From: Candidatus Nanoarchaeia archaeon
Lineage (GTDB): Archaea; Nanobdellota; Nanobdellia; Woesearchaeales; GW2011-AR9
DNA: 53,155 nucleotides
NCBI GenBank assembly: GCA_035291085.1
Contig: DATDTA010000086.1
Span: 1 to 53,155, forward strand
Reading direction: 5' to 3'
More model-generated notes on the stretch are below. The model made no database searches and was not told the origin of the DNA. It worked only from the letters and a program-made list of their open reading frames with translations. Position 1 is the first letter of the stretch. The stretch itself is not shown here.

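Overview
Self-overlapping contig. Bases 1-130 are identical to 53026-53155, so the window most simply closes into a 53,025-bp circle. About 95% of it is two co-oriented minus-strand giant ORFs. Gene A is 3009..21416 (6,135 aa). Gene B is 22243..53155 and continues through the junction to the ATG at 1338, giving 32,121 nt or 10,706 aa. The two genes are separated by two short plus-strand islands carrying three PemK/MazF-type toxin-antitoxin modules (1396-2860, with duplication scars, and 21533-22061). Each module sits behind a TTGACA-17-TATAnT promoter. Both giant proteins begin with a Sec-like signal peptide and a TraB/GumN/Tiki-like domain, and they share a related C-terminus. Their interiors are mosaics of recognisable central-carbon enzyme cores. 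A carries a Glu/Leu-type dehydrogenase, class I FBPase, malate synthase and isocitrate lyase. B carries PEP synthase, phosphohexomutase and HEAT repeats, plus degenerate copies of PEP-utiliser, dehydrogenase, aldolase-like and malate-synthase folds. These cores alternate with repeated domains of unknown function and with a recurring membrane module. That module starts with a prepilin-type G|F[TSA]L.E motif and ends in NKNFREGVV...PLLG plus a Gly-rich linker. No rRNA, tRNA, CRISPR, transposase, integrase, replication initiator or partition gene was recognised. All domain calls were made by eye from motifs in the translated ORFs. No searches were run, and domain boundaries are approximate (tens of nt).
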